This document shows, in pieces, positions 46,346 through 54,566 of a DNA stretch of 64,000 bases. Under the pieces are notes generated by a model. The model worked only from the letters and a program-made list of their open reading frames with translations, was not told the origin of the DNA and did no database searches. Location of the stretch: contig JAFSCS010000031.1 of assembly GCA_017436675.1 (NCBI GenBank), positions 638 to 64,637 on the forward strand, given 5' to 3'. Every line of letters starts with the position of its first letter. Position 1 is the stretch's first letter. The position numbers were made by a program, and so were the translations under genes. The DNA comes from Clostridia bacterium (GTDB taxonomy: Bacteria; Bacillota; Clostridia; Oscillospirales; CAG-382).

Positions 46346-47962
46346 ATGGAAATACCCGTAATTGAGAGAATTAAAAGATTACCGCAGCAGACGGAGGAAA
46401 GTTTGCGAGACGCTTTCAGCGTGTTAATGAGCGTTGAAAATCGAAAATTAGCAGACGAATATATTAAATGGGTCCGTAGCGAAGCGAAAAAGATACGCTC
46501 CGCCGATATGTACGATCTGATAAAGAACACATATTTTTATGCGGGTCAGTATAGTCTCGATGATTTCATGATAGGAATGGAATGGAATCGAGAACCACAA
46601 GCGAGGTTTTGGTTGCCACGTCGAAAAGTGTTGGAGGGCAAACACGGAATAGCGACGGAGATACAAGAGTTTATGAACGACCCCGAAGCGTTGTTTTTGG
46701 GATTCAGTTTGCCTCCCGGCACGGGTAAGACAACGCTTATAAAGTTTTTGATAACGAGCATAATCGGTAGCGATCCACAATCGGCGAATATGTATGTTTC
46801 GTATTCGGATGGTATGACGAAAATGATGCTCGATAGCGTGAGATCGATGATAACGGATACGAGCGAGTATTGTTTCCACGATATATTTCCGGGATTGGGT
46901 ATGCCCGATATATCGGCAGAGTATAAGACGCTGAGCTATCGTCGTGCGGGTGATTTCCCTACCCTTGGCTTGATTTCATTGGGTGGTTCAGTAACGGGTC
47001 GTACAAGAGCGAACAAGTATTTGATAACGGACGACTTGGTTAAGAACAAGGAAGAAGCTCGAAGCCCCGAACGGCTCGCGAAATTGTATGACGATTACAC
47101 GGCGACGCTCACCACTCGTATGATTGGTGATAGGGTTAAACAGATAATGTTGGGAACTCGTTGGAGTGCTTACGACCCTATCGGTCGAATGGAGGCAGAA
47201 CACGGCAACGACCCACGATATAGGTTTATCGCTATTCCCGTGTGGGATGAAAACGAGGTATCGAATTTCGAGTATGAACACCCCGATAGATATACGACCG
47301 AGAAGATCAGGGATATTAAAGCCACGATAGATAGCGCGGATTTCGAGTGTTTGTTTATGCAACACGGAGTTGAAAAAGAAGGTTTGGCGTTCGCCCCGGA
47401 GAGTTTGAGATTTTATAACGGCGTTCTCCCCGATGGCGAACCCGATAATATTGTGTTTGTCAACGACGTTGCGTGGGGCGGTGGCGATAGTTTGAGTATG
47501 CCCGTGGCGTATATTTATGGCGGCGACGTGTATATTCACGATTGGATTTTCGACCGCAGAGATAAGAGTTTTACGAAGCCGAGAGTGGTCGGTAAGATAT
47601 TACACCATAAGATTAAAATGGGTCAGACCGAGGCGAATAACGGTGGTGAAGAATACTCCGACGATGTTTATCGGATCTTGAAAGAGGAACACGGATATAG
47701 CATAAATATGAGTCACAAGAAAGCGCCTACCACGATGGCGAAGCTGACGAGGATAGAGCAACACGCGCCGACGATCCGAAATTATTATTTCCGTGATAGT
47801 AGTTGCCGTGACGATGATTATAAAAGAGCGATGTCGGAATTGACGAGTTTTTCGTTTACCGCGAAGAACCTCCACGATGATGCTGCCGATAGTTTGGCTA
47901 TGCTTGCGGGGTATATTTCGGAGCGACCGAAGACGATAACGGTGGCGAAAAGACCGCTTTAG
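46346..47962 (+). CDS. Terminase large subunit
   Basis: LPPGTGKTT, ITDDLVK, GTRW...DPIG, D.AWGGGD, HDDAADSL. Confidence 0.9.
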   Translation: MEIPVIERIKRLPQQTEESLRDAFSVLMSVENRKLADEYIKWVRSEAKKIRSADMYDLIKNTYFYAGQYSLDDFMIGMEWNREPQARFWLPRRKVLEGKHGIATEIQEFMNDPEALFLGFSLPPGTGKTTLIKFLITSIIGSDPQSANMYVSYSDGMTKMMLDSVRSMITDTSEYCFHDIFPGLGMPDISAEYKTLSYRRAGDFPTLGLISLGGSVTGRTRANKYLITDDLVKNKEEARSPERLAKLYDDYTATLTTRMIGDRVKQIMLGTRWSAYDPIGRMEAEHGNDPRYRFIAIPVWDENEVSNFEYEHPDRYTTEKIRDIKATIDSADFECLFMQHGVEKEGLAFAPESLRFYNGVLPDGEPDNIVFVNDVAWGGGDSLSMPVAYIYGGDVYIHDWIFDRRDKSFTKPRVVGKILHHKIKMGQTEANNGGEEYSDDVYRILKEEHGYSINMSHKKAPTTMAKLTRIEQHAPTIRNYYFRDSSCRDDDYKRAMSELTSFSFTAKNLHDDAADSLAMLAGYISERPKTITVAKRPL

Positions 47963-47996
47963 CACTACATATAGTTTCGAACACTATATGTAGTGT
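47962..47996. promoter_or_regulatory. Tandem NrdR-box-like palindromes upstream of the portal gene
   Basis: GCACTACATATAGTTT and ACACTATATGTAGTGT versus consensus acaCwAtATaTwGtgt; TTGATT-16-TAGAAT follows. Confidence 0.6.
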
Positions 47997-48060
47997 TCGG
48001 CATATTGATTTTTTGAGTTTATTGAATAGAATGAGAATTAGATAGGTAGGTGATTTTTAA

Positions 48061-49467
48061 GTGAGCTACGGCCGTCGAAAAATCTACTCCGATGCGGAAT
48101 ATATAACAGCAGAAAACGTTGTCGAGGAAGTACGCAAAGCGCTCACGGTTCACGAATTAAACCGCCTCGAAATTGATAGTCTGTGGAATGAGTATCGTGG
48201 TAAGACGAAGATTGAACAAAAGACAAAAGAGATACGCCCGGAAATAAATCATAAGGTCGTTGAGAATAGAGCTTATGAGATAGCGAAGTTTCATTTGGGC
48301 TATGTATTCGGCGAACCTATACAGTATGTTCGCCGTGAAAACCCCACGTCGAAAGAAAACGACGATGTTATTGCCGCAGATATAAACGCCCTCAACGGAT
48401 ATATGACAGACGCGGGTAAATCGGCTTGCGATAATGATTTAGCGGAATGGATTTATGTAGGTGGCGCAGGCTACCGCTTAACCCTGCCGAACAAGAAATG
48501 GACGGCAGACGGCGACGAACCTCCGTTCAAGGTCCGTTCGCTCGATCCGAGAAAAACGTTCATCGTATATCGTAACAGTATAGACGAAGAACCGTTAATG
48601 GCGGTGTGCTACGTTAAGTTGACATCGGGAGATATACATTTCAGCGTATATACCGAAAATGGATTCTTCGAGTTTATAGAAGGGCATCAAGGCGTTACTA
48701 CAAAAGGAAATCCGCTCGGTATGATACCGATAGTGGAATATATATCCGAGAAGGCTCGTTTGGGAGTGTTCGAGGTAGTTGTTTCGCAGCTCCACGCACT
48801 CAACGAATTGCAGAGCAACCGAATGGACGATATCGTTCAGTTCGTTAATAGTTTCTTAGCGGTGCTTGGTGGTGAACTCGACGAGGAAACATATAAGAAA
48901 CTCGAAGAATGGAAAACGCTTTGCCTCCCGGAAGGAACGGACGCGAAATACCTCTCTGCTACATTGAGTCAGGCAGACGTGCAAACGTTCAAGGAAGATA
49001 TCGTACAAGCGATATTTGAAATCTGCGCCGTACCTAATAGAACGGGCGGTGAGAGCGCAAGCGATAACGGCGTGGCCGTATTGCTTCGTAACGGATATAC
49101 CGCTTCGGAGGCGAGAGCGAAAGCAACCGAAGAAGTGTTTAAGGTATCCGAGTTTGAAACGCTTAAAATAGTATTACGAATTATGCGTGATACTGTGGGA
49201 ACGAAATTGAGGTTATCCGATATTATTCCACACTTTACACGCCGTAATTATGAGAATATCGCTACGAAGGCACAAGTGCTTGTGGCGTTGCTTAATAACC
49301 CGAAAGTTCATCCCGAAGTCGCTTATGCGGCGTGTGGAATGTTCCCCGACCCCGAGAGTGCATACTTGCAAGGTATGGCTTACTACGAGGAGCAGATGAA
49401 GAAATGGGAGCCTATCGAGGTAGACGAAAGCGAGAGCGAGGACGAGGAAGATGTACGGGCATCTTGA
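48061..49467 (+). CDS. Portal protein (SPP1 gp6-like)
   Basis: N.K...N.A..I..F..GY.FGEPIQY, LDP..TF.VY, IPIVEY; follows terL. Confidence 0.9.
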   Translation: MSYGRRKIYSDAEYITAENVVEEVRKALTVHELNRLEIDSLWNEYRGKTKIEQKTKEIRPEINHKVVENRAYEIAKFHLGYVFGEPIQYVRRENPTSKENDDVIAADINALNGYMTDAGKSACDNDLAEWIYVGGAGYRLTLPNKKWTADGDEPPFKVRSLDPRKTFIVYRNSIDEEPLMAVCYVKLTSGDIHFSVYTENGFFEFIEGHQGVTTKGNPLGMIPIVEYISEKARLGVFEVVVSQLHALNELQSNRMDDIVQFVNSFLAVLGGELDEETYKKLEEWKTLCLPEGTDAKYLSATLSQADVQTFKEDIVQAIFEICAVPNRTGGESASDNGVAVLLRNGYTASEARAKATEEVFKVSEFETLKIVLRIMRDTVGTKLRLSDIIPHFTRRNYENIATKAQVLVALLNNPKVHPEVAYAACGMFPDPESAYLQGMAYYEEQMKKWEPIEVDESESEDEEDVRAS

Positions 49468-50080
49468 TAAACTTCTTGCGGAAGAAAAGAAGAAGATACG
49501 AACCGAGTTTAATCGTTTAAGCGTTATGGGCTTTGACGAATTAAACGTGGTGAACACTCGCAAAACCACGCAAGATATGTTCGATAGGTTTATGAAAGAG
49601 AACGAGGCGTTATATGTTAAAGCGGCGAAATCAGCGTATAAGAAAGCTGCCGAAACTGAAAAAACGCCCGAAGGTATTGCCGCGTTAGTCGCAGTTATAT
49701 TAGGCGGTTATAATCTCGTAACGGGTTATTTGTACGAGAAAGAGGCAGAGCGAAAACGCCTCCGCTTGAACGAGCAGATATTAACCGCTCGTGAGTATAA
49801 CGATAGGCAGATGTTTCAAGACAGCCTGAGACGAACGGCGAACCTATGGTGGACCCAAACCACACAATACGGAATTAGCGTAGTCGATAGTGCTACGATA
49901 CAAGCGTATAAAGATATGGGTATCGATTATGCAAAGTGGATAGCAGAGGACGACGGACAAACTTGCGCGACGTGTAAAGCGCGAGACGAGAAGATATATC
50001 CGATATCGAAAATCCCCTCGAAAACACATTACGGTTGCCGTTGCTATTTACTACCTGTCAAGAACGATAAGGAGAATTGA
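49451..50080 (+). CDS. Head morphogenesis protein (SPP1 gp7/MuF-like)
   Basis: W....D..TC..C...D..IY.....P...H..CRC. Confidence 0.8.
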   Translation: MYGHLDKLLAEEKKKIRTEFNRLSVMGFDELNVVNTRKTTQDMFDRFMKENEALYVKAAKSAYKKAAETEKTPEGIAALVAVILGGYNLVTGYLYEKEAERKRLRLNEQILTAREYNDRQMFQDSLRRTANLWWTQTTQYGISVVDSATIQAYKDMGIDYAKWIAEDDGQTCATCKARDEKIYPISKIPSKTHYGCRCYLLPVKNDKEN

Positions 50081-50082
50081 AA

Positions 50083-50256
50083 ATGTTAATATACGAACAA
50101 ATTCGGTGTCCTCGATGTGGCAGGCGACTCGTCGATATGAAAGGGCAAGCGCAGATACGATGTCCTAAATGTAAGGCACTCGTCGAGATCGATACCGAAG
50201 CAAGAAAAATATTTATTAAAACAGAGCGTCAAATAGAACGCCAACAATCGAAGTAA
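50083..50256 (+). CDS. Com-family zinc-finger protein (57 aa), not in the ORF track
   Basis: AAGGAG RBS; IRCPRCGRRL......QIRCPKCK; ends ERQIERQ. Confidence 0.75.
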   Translation: MLIYEQIRCPRCGRRLVDMKGQAQIRCPKCKALVEIDTEARKIFIKTERQIERQQSK

Positions 50257-50280
50257 TTCGGTCGTTGGCGTTTTTTATTT
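50224..50280 (+). terminator. Terminator overlapping a degenerate bipartite site (GAGCGTC-N5-GAACGCC)
   Basis: AACGCCAAC pairs with GTTGGCGTT, followed by a T-run. Confidence 0.65.
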
Positions 50281-50281
50281 A

Positions 50282-50363
50282 CTGAGAGAACAGGTCAAAC
50301 ACAAACATAGGTAGAGAAACCTTAAATCGCAAACCACGAGGCAGAGAAGCCCTAAATCGCAAA
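50282..50363 (+). promoter_or_regulatory. Three tandem mini-hairpins with AGAGAA loops in the scaffold 5' leader
   Basis: CTG-AGAGAA-CAG, AGGT-AGAGAA-ACCT, GGC-AGAGAA-GCC; the last two are followed by TAAATCGCAAA. Confidence 0.65.
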
Positions 50364-50374
50364 GGAGAATTTCT

Positions 50375-50929
50375 ATGAAAATCAACATTGAAAACTACGA
50401 AAACATGACACCCGAAGAAAAACTCGCGGCACTTGAAGCGTATGAGCCTGATATGAGCGGTTTCGTTGCAAAGTCTGTTTTTGATAAAACAGCATCCGAA
50501 CTCGCTGCCGCCAAGAAATCTCTCAAAGAGAAAATGACAGAGGATGAAGCGAAGATAGCGAAAGAAGCAGAGGAACGCGCGGCGTTGCTTGCTCGTGTTG
50601 AAGAACTCGAAAGAGAAAAGGCTATCAACAGTTACACGACAGCGTATCTCGGTATGGGATACAACGAAAAATTGGCTAAAGCAACCGCAGAGGCTTTACA
50701 AAAAGGTGATATGGACGCGGTTTTCGCAAATCAAAAAACATACATCGAAGATCGGGAAAAAACGCTACGAGCTGAACTGCTCAAACAAACACCTCCCCCG
50801 GCAGGCGGCGGTGGTAGTGGCGACGTTATGACACTTGAAAAATTAAGAAAGATGTCGCCGCAAGACAGATTACAGTTCTCCGTAGAACACCCCGAAGAAT
50901 ACAAGAACTTATACGGAGGTAATTCATAA
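50375..50929 (+). CDS. Capsid scaffolding protein
   Basis: Coiled-coil, K/E-rich, PPPAGGGG linker; directly upstream of the capsid gene. Confidence 0.8.
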   Translation: MKINIENYENMTPEEKLAALEAYEPDMSGFVAKSVFDKTASELAAAKKSLKEKMTEDEAKIAKEAEERAALLARVEELEREKAINSYTTAYLGMGYNEKLAKATAEALQKGDMDAVFANQKTYIEDREKTLRAELLKQTPPPAGGGGSGDVMTLEKLRKMSPQDRLQFSVEHPEEYKNLYGGNS

Positions 50930-51735
50930 TGGCTAACACAGTTTATGACAATTTCTATCTTTCTAACGAAGTAGAAGACCAATTTAATTCGCATCTTGAT
51001 CTTTTGCGTTTCTGCACACACGACCCTTCTCTTGAAGGCACGGCAGGAATGAAACGTATTATTCACGTTTATAGTGCTACTGACGGCACAGAAAAACTCG
51101 CGCAAGGCGCAGGTAACACGAAGTCTATCACAGTAGGTTTCGCAACTAAGGAATACGAAATCTTGCTTGCTCAAAACCGTTTCGAGTGGTTCGACGAGGA
51201 AGCAATGAAAGACCCTATGCTTGTTCCCGTAGGTATGAAACACGCAGGTACAGACCTTTTCAACACAGTACAAGGTGATGTTTTCGCTGAGTTCAAAAAG
51301 GCTACTCTTTCCGTAAACGCTTCTGTACCTAATTTTGATGCTTTTGCGGATGCAGTTGCAAAACTTAACCTCGAAAACCAAGAGGGTGTTGAAATCTTTG
51401 CTCATGTAAACTCCACCGTTAAAGCTGCAATGAGAAAGGCTTTGAAAGACGACCTTAAATATGTTGAGGCTTATGCTCGTACAGGTTACATCGGTACAGT
51501 ATGCGGCGTAAACATCTACGACAAACGCGATGCAGACGACGACGCTATCTACGTTGGTACAAAGAAAGCCGTAACAATGTTCACAAAGAAAGGCGTTGAA
51601 GTTGAACAAATCGTTAATGGTCTTCGTGGCGCTGACGATGCAAACGTTCGTAAGAATACCGCGTTCTCTCGCAAATACTATCTCCCTGCACTCACAGACG
51701 AGACACAGGTAGTTAAGATTGCTCTCGGAGCGTAA
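50929..51735 (+). CDS. Major capsid protein
   Basis: Position, biased codon usage, L.G.AG...., G.IG.V.GV. Confidence 0.8.
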   Translation: MANTVYDNFYLSNEVEDQFNSHLDLLRFCTHDPSLEGTAGMKRIIHVYSATDGTEKLAQGAGNTKSITVGFATKEYEILLAQNRFEWFDEEAMKDPMLVPVGMKHAGTDLFNTVQGDVFAEFKKATLSVNASVPNFDAFADAVAKLNLENQEGVEIFAHVNSTVKAAMRKALKDDLKYVEAYARTGYIGTVCGVNIYDKRDADDDAIYVGTKKAVTMFTKKGVEVEQIVNGLRGADDANVRKNTAFSRKYYLPALTDETQVVKIALGA

Positions 51736-51759
51736 ATTTTAATTCGGAGGTAAGCGCTA

Positions 51760-52101
51760 ATGACGAATGACGAAAAACTCGATAGGTTAAAGGCGCTTAT
51801 CTCGCCCGACACCGCAAACAACGACTTGCTCATGGTTCTCCTCCAACAATCCGAGGGGATAGTGTTAAACCAACGTTATCCCTTCGGACCTCCCTCCAAT
51901 GCGAAGGTAGAGACAAGATATGAGCATATACAATTACAGATAGCCGTTGAGTTGTTTTCCAAAATGGGCGCGGAAGGTCAAACCGCACACAATGAAAACG
52001 GCATAAACAGAACGTATGAAGCAGCAGACGTTAGCCCGTCTCTGCTCCGTAAAATCCTACCTCTTGTGGGAGGCGTAGCAGTATATGAGAAGTCTGAATA
52101 G
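51760..52101 (+). CDS. Head-tail connector (adaptor)
   Basis: RYP, Q.QIAVEL..K.GAEGQ..H.ENGI.R. Confidence 0.8.
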   Translation: MTNDEKLDRLKALISPDTANNDLLMVLLQQSEGIVLNQRYPFGPPSNAKVETRYEHIQLQIAVELFSKMGAEGQTAHNENGINRTYEAADVSPSLLRKILPLVGGVAVYEKSE

Positions 52102-52444
52102 AAATAAGCGCTCCATATATTACGCGCTACCCACCGGGGAAGAAGAAAAATTATACGATGAATATGGCAACGAAACGGGCGAAATTAATATCGTTTACGG
52201 CGATGCAGTTAAACTTGATATCAACGTTTCAGCTGCGACGGGCGAAGATGCGGTAGAGGCTTTCGGCAGTTTCACAAACTATTCTCGTATATTGTGTGTG
52301 TCCGATATTAAATGTCCTATCACAGAGGACGCGAAAGTATGGTTCGGTGTAGAACCCACCGAGGCTCATAACTACATCGTAACTCGTAAGGCTGACAGTA
52401 AAAACGGTCTCTTGTATGCGTTGAAAGAGGTAAAGGTGCGATGA
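52085..52444 (+). CDS. Head closure protein
   Basis: MR.L.RNK..IYYA, DEYGNETGE; position. Confidence 0.7.
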   Translation: MRSLNRNKRSIYYALPTGEEEKLYDEYGNETGEINIVYGDAVKLDINVSAATGEDAVEAFGSFTNYSRILCVSDIKCPITEDAKVWFGVEPTEAHNYIVTRKADSKNGLLYALKEVKVR

Positions 52445-52935
52445 AAAAGATTGTTATAAATCCATTCGATCCTAAATCTATCCAAAACGCTATCAACCAA
52501 TTAAACCAATATAAGAGAGAGTTTGAAGCCAAAGAGCAGGAGTTCGTTAGGCGACTCGCAGAGATCGGTGTTTCCGTCGCAACGGATATCTATTCAATGG
52601 CAGATTACGACGGTACGAACGATGTGGTTGTAACGAGTATTCATAACGGCACTACCGCAACGGTGATAGCGTCGGGCGAAACGGTGGGATTCATTGAGTT
52701 CGGTACGGGTATCCGAAATCCCGAGTGGGATAATTCGGGTATGGATTACACACCACCGAAACACGGTACATACGGCAAAGGATATGGTGCAAGACCTAAA
52801 GGGTGGTATTTCAAGCCCAACGAAGGCGTTGAGGCAATACACACTTATGGTAATGTTCCCGCCGAAGCGATGAAAACGGCGCGTGATGTGATGATAGAAA
52901 GAGTGATTCAAGTAGCAAGGGAGGTATTTAGATGA
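52441..52935 (+). CDS. Neck/tail-component protein (HK97 gp10-like)
   Basis: FIEFGTG motif; position. Confidence 0.7.
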   Translation: MKKIVINPFDPKSIQNAINQLNQYKREFEAKEQEFVRRLAEIGVSVATDIYSMADYDGTNDVVVTSIHNGTTATVIASGETVGFIEFGTGIRNPEWDNSGMDYTPPKHGTYGKGYGARPKGWYFKPNEGVEAIHTYGNVPAEAMKTARDVMIERVIQVAREVFR

Positions 52936-53336
52936 TTGATTATGAAAACGAAATCTTTACCTCTATTGCCGAGGAATCACGAGACAAGCATCCGGGCATT
53001 ATCGTAAAGGGTGAATATGTACGTTCTCCCGCAGAGTTTCCTATGTTGGCAATTAGCGAGTTCCAAAACGTGATGATAGACGAGCTTATGGATTCGACAA
53101 AAGAGGAAAAGTACGCGGGGTTAGGCTATCGAATACAAGTTTTCTCGAATAAGCAATCGGGAAAGAAAGCCGAGGCAAAAGCAATTTTCGCTACGGCAGA
53201 TGCAAAAATAAGAAGTATGGGTTTCCGTCGTAAGACTTATGCGCCTACCCCGGAAATCTACGATTCAACAATTTTTTCCATTGTGGCGACTTATGAGGCA
53301 ATAATCGACACAAACGGAGTCGTGTATAAGAGATAA
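52932..53336 (+). CDS. Tail terminator/completion protein
   Basis: FP...I.E, V.SNK..GKK.EAK.I, GF.R; position. Confidence 0.7.
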   Translation: MIDYENEIFTSIAEESRDKHPGIIVKGEYVRSPAEFPMLAISEFQNVMIDELMDSTKEEKYAGLGYRIQVFSNKQSGKKAEAKAIFATADAKIRSMGFRRKTYAPTPEIYDSTIFSIVATYEAIIDTNGVVYKR

Positions 53337-53352
53337 ACAGGAGGTTTATAAA

Positions 53353-53733
53353 ATGGCTATTTCGACATATCAAACACAATTAAAAATCGGCGAAAAAGAT
53401 TACGCTATTAAAAGTTTTCCCTCGATTCTCGGTAAACGTAGTGCGCTTGAAACCACTACTATGAGTGACGACGCGCAAACGTTTATCCCCGGTATTCGTC
53501 AGCAAGCCGAAACATTGGATTTCGGTGCAAACTACGCGGCTGATACATACGCAGAACTCAACGGACTTACGGGCGATCAACCGTGCAAACTCGTGTTTAG
53601 CGATGGTTCGTTTTATTCGTGGCAAGGTGGCGTTAGCGCTACAATCGACGAGGGCGATGTTGGTGCTGTAATTAATATGACAATTTCTATTACGCCTTCA
53701 ACAGTTCCCGTATGGGCTAAATCATCAACATAA
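53353..53733 (+). CDS. Major tail protein
   Basis: MAISTY, IK.FP.., LETTT.SD..QT.IPGI. Confidence 0.75.
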   Translation: MAISTYQTQLKIGEKDYAIKSFPSILGKRSALETTTMSDDAQTFIPGIRQQAETLDFGANYAADTYAELNGLTGDQPCKLVFSDGSFYSWQGGVSATIDEGDVGAVINMTISITPSTVPVWAKSST

Positions 53734-53802
53734 AAAAACAGGGCGGTATAACCACCGCCCTATAAAAAAATAAAAACTATTTAATTTAAGGAGAGTAACA
53801 TC

Positions 53803-54156
53803 ATGGCAACTAAGATTACCGTAACTTACAAAGACGAAGAATATGTTTTGGAGTTTTCCCGAACAACAGCAAAAGCAATAGAAGATCAGGGCTTTGTCCT
53901 TAATCAGTTGACAGACAAACCCGCAACAATGGTTCCCTTACTCGTCTATGGTGCGTTTATGAAACACAATCGCGGAATTAAACGTAACCTCGTGAACGCT
54001 ATCTACAACAACCTCAAAAATAAAATGGGAGAGGAAGACGAAGATGGTTTTATCGCCGTACTTGGTGAAATGTACGCCGAAACCGTATCCACTTTGACAG
54101 ACGAAGCAACCGACGACGAGGGAAACGCAGCGACTTGGAAGGTGACGAAAGGCTAA
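53803..54156 (+). CDS. Tail assembly chaperone (gpG-like)
   Basis: Y.LEF.R....E..GF; lies between the major tail and tape measure genes. Confidence 0.75.
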   Translation: MATKITVTYKDEEYVLEFSRTTAKAIEDQGFVLNQLTDKPATMVPLLVYGAFMKHNRGIKRNLVNAIYNNLKNKMGEEDEDGFIAVLGEMYAETVSTLTDEATDDEGNAATWKVTKG

Positions 54157-54566
54157 CCTCCCAAAGTTATAGCGATATATTCAAAAAGCTCTGCCCTTAC
54201 TATATGTCTATCGGTATGAGCCGTGACGAGTTTTGGAACGGCGACGTTGATATGGTTAAAGAGTATCGTGAGGCAGACGAATTAAGATACAAACGAAGGA
54301 ATCAAGAGCTTTGGCTACAGGGTATGTATTTTTACGAAGCATTGTGCGATACAAGTGCGTTGTTCCGCTTCTCTACAAAGCCTGTGAAAGCCGAGCCTTA
54401 TATTAAAGAACCATTCCCAATCACCGCAGAAGAAGTTCGCGAAAGAGAAGAACGAAAGATGCGTGAGGAAGAAGAACGGTTCAAAGCAGAGTTTGCGGCG
54501 TATGTCGAACGCTTGCAAGCGAAGATGCCCCAAGAGGCACATCCCATAACGGGAGGTGATTCATAG
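54120..54566 (+). CDS. gpT-like extension reached by a -1 frameshift at G_GGA_AAC (54120-54126)
   Basis: Slippery heptamer in the correct phase; the -1 frame is open to 54566 (YYMSIGMS.DEFW). Confidence 0.75.
   Translation, partial: GKRSDLEGDERLTSQSYSDIFKKLCPYYMSIGMSRDEFWNGDVDMVKEYREADELRYKRRNQELWLQGMYFYEALCDTSALFRFSTKPVKAEPYIKEPFPITAEEVREREERKMREEEERFKAEFAAYVERLQAKMPQEAHPITGGDS

Noticed and set aside
50731-51609. 292-aa antisense ORF over the capsid gene (likewise 1794-2600, 8312-9274, 14741-15556, 16451-17353)
   Set aside because: These are shadow frames of strongly codon-biased genes with no recognisable motifs.
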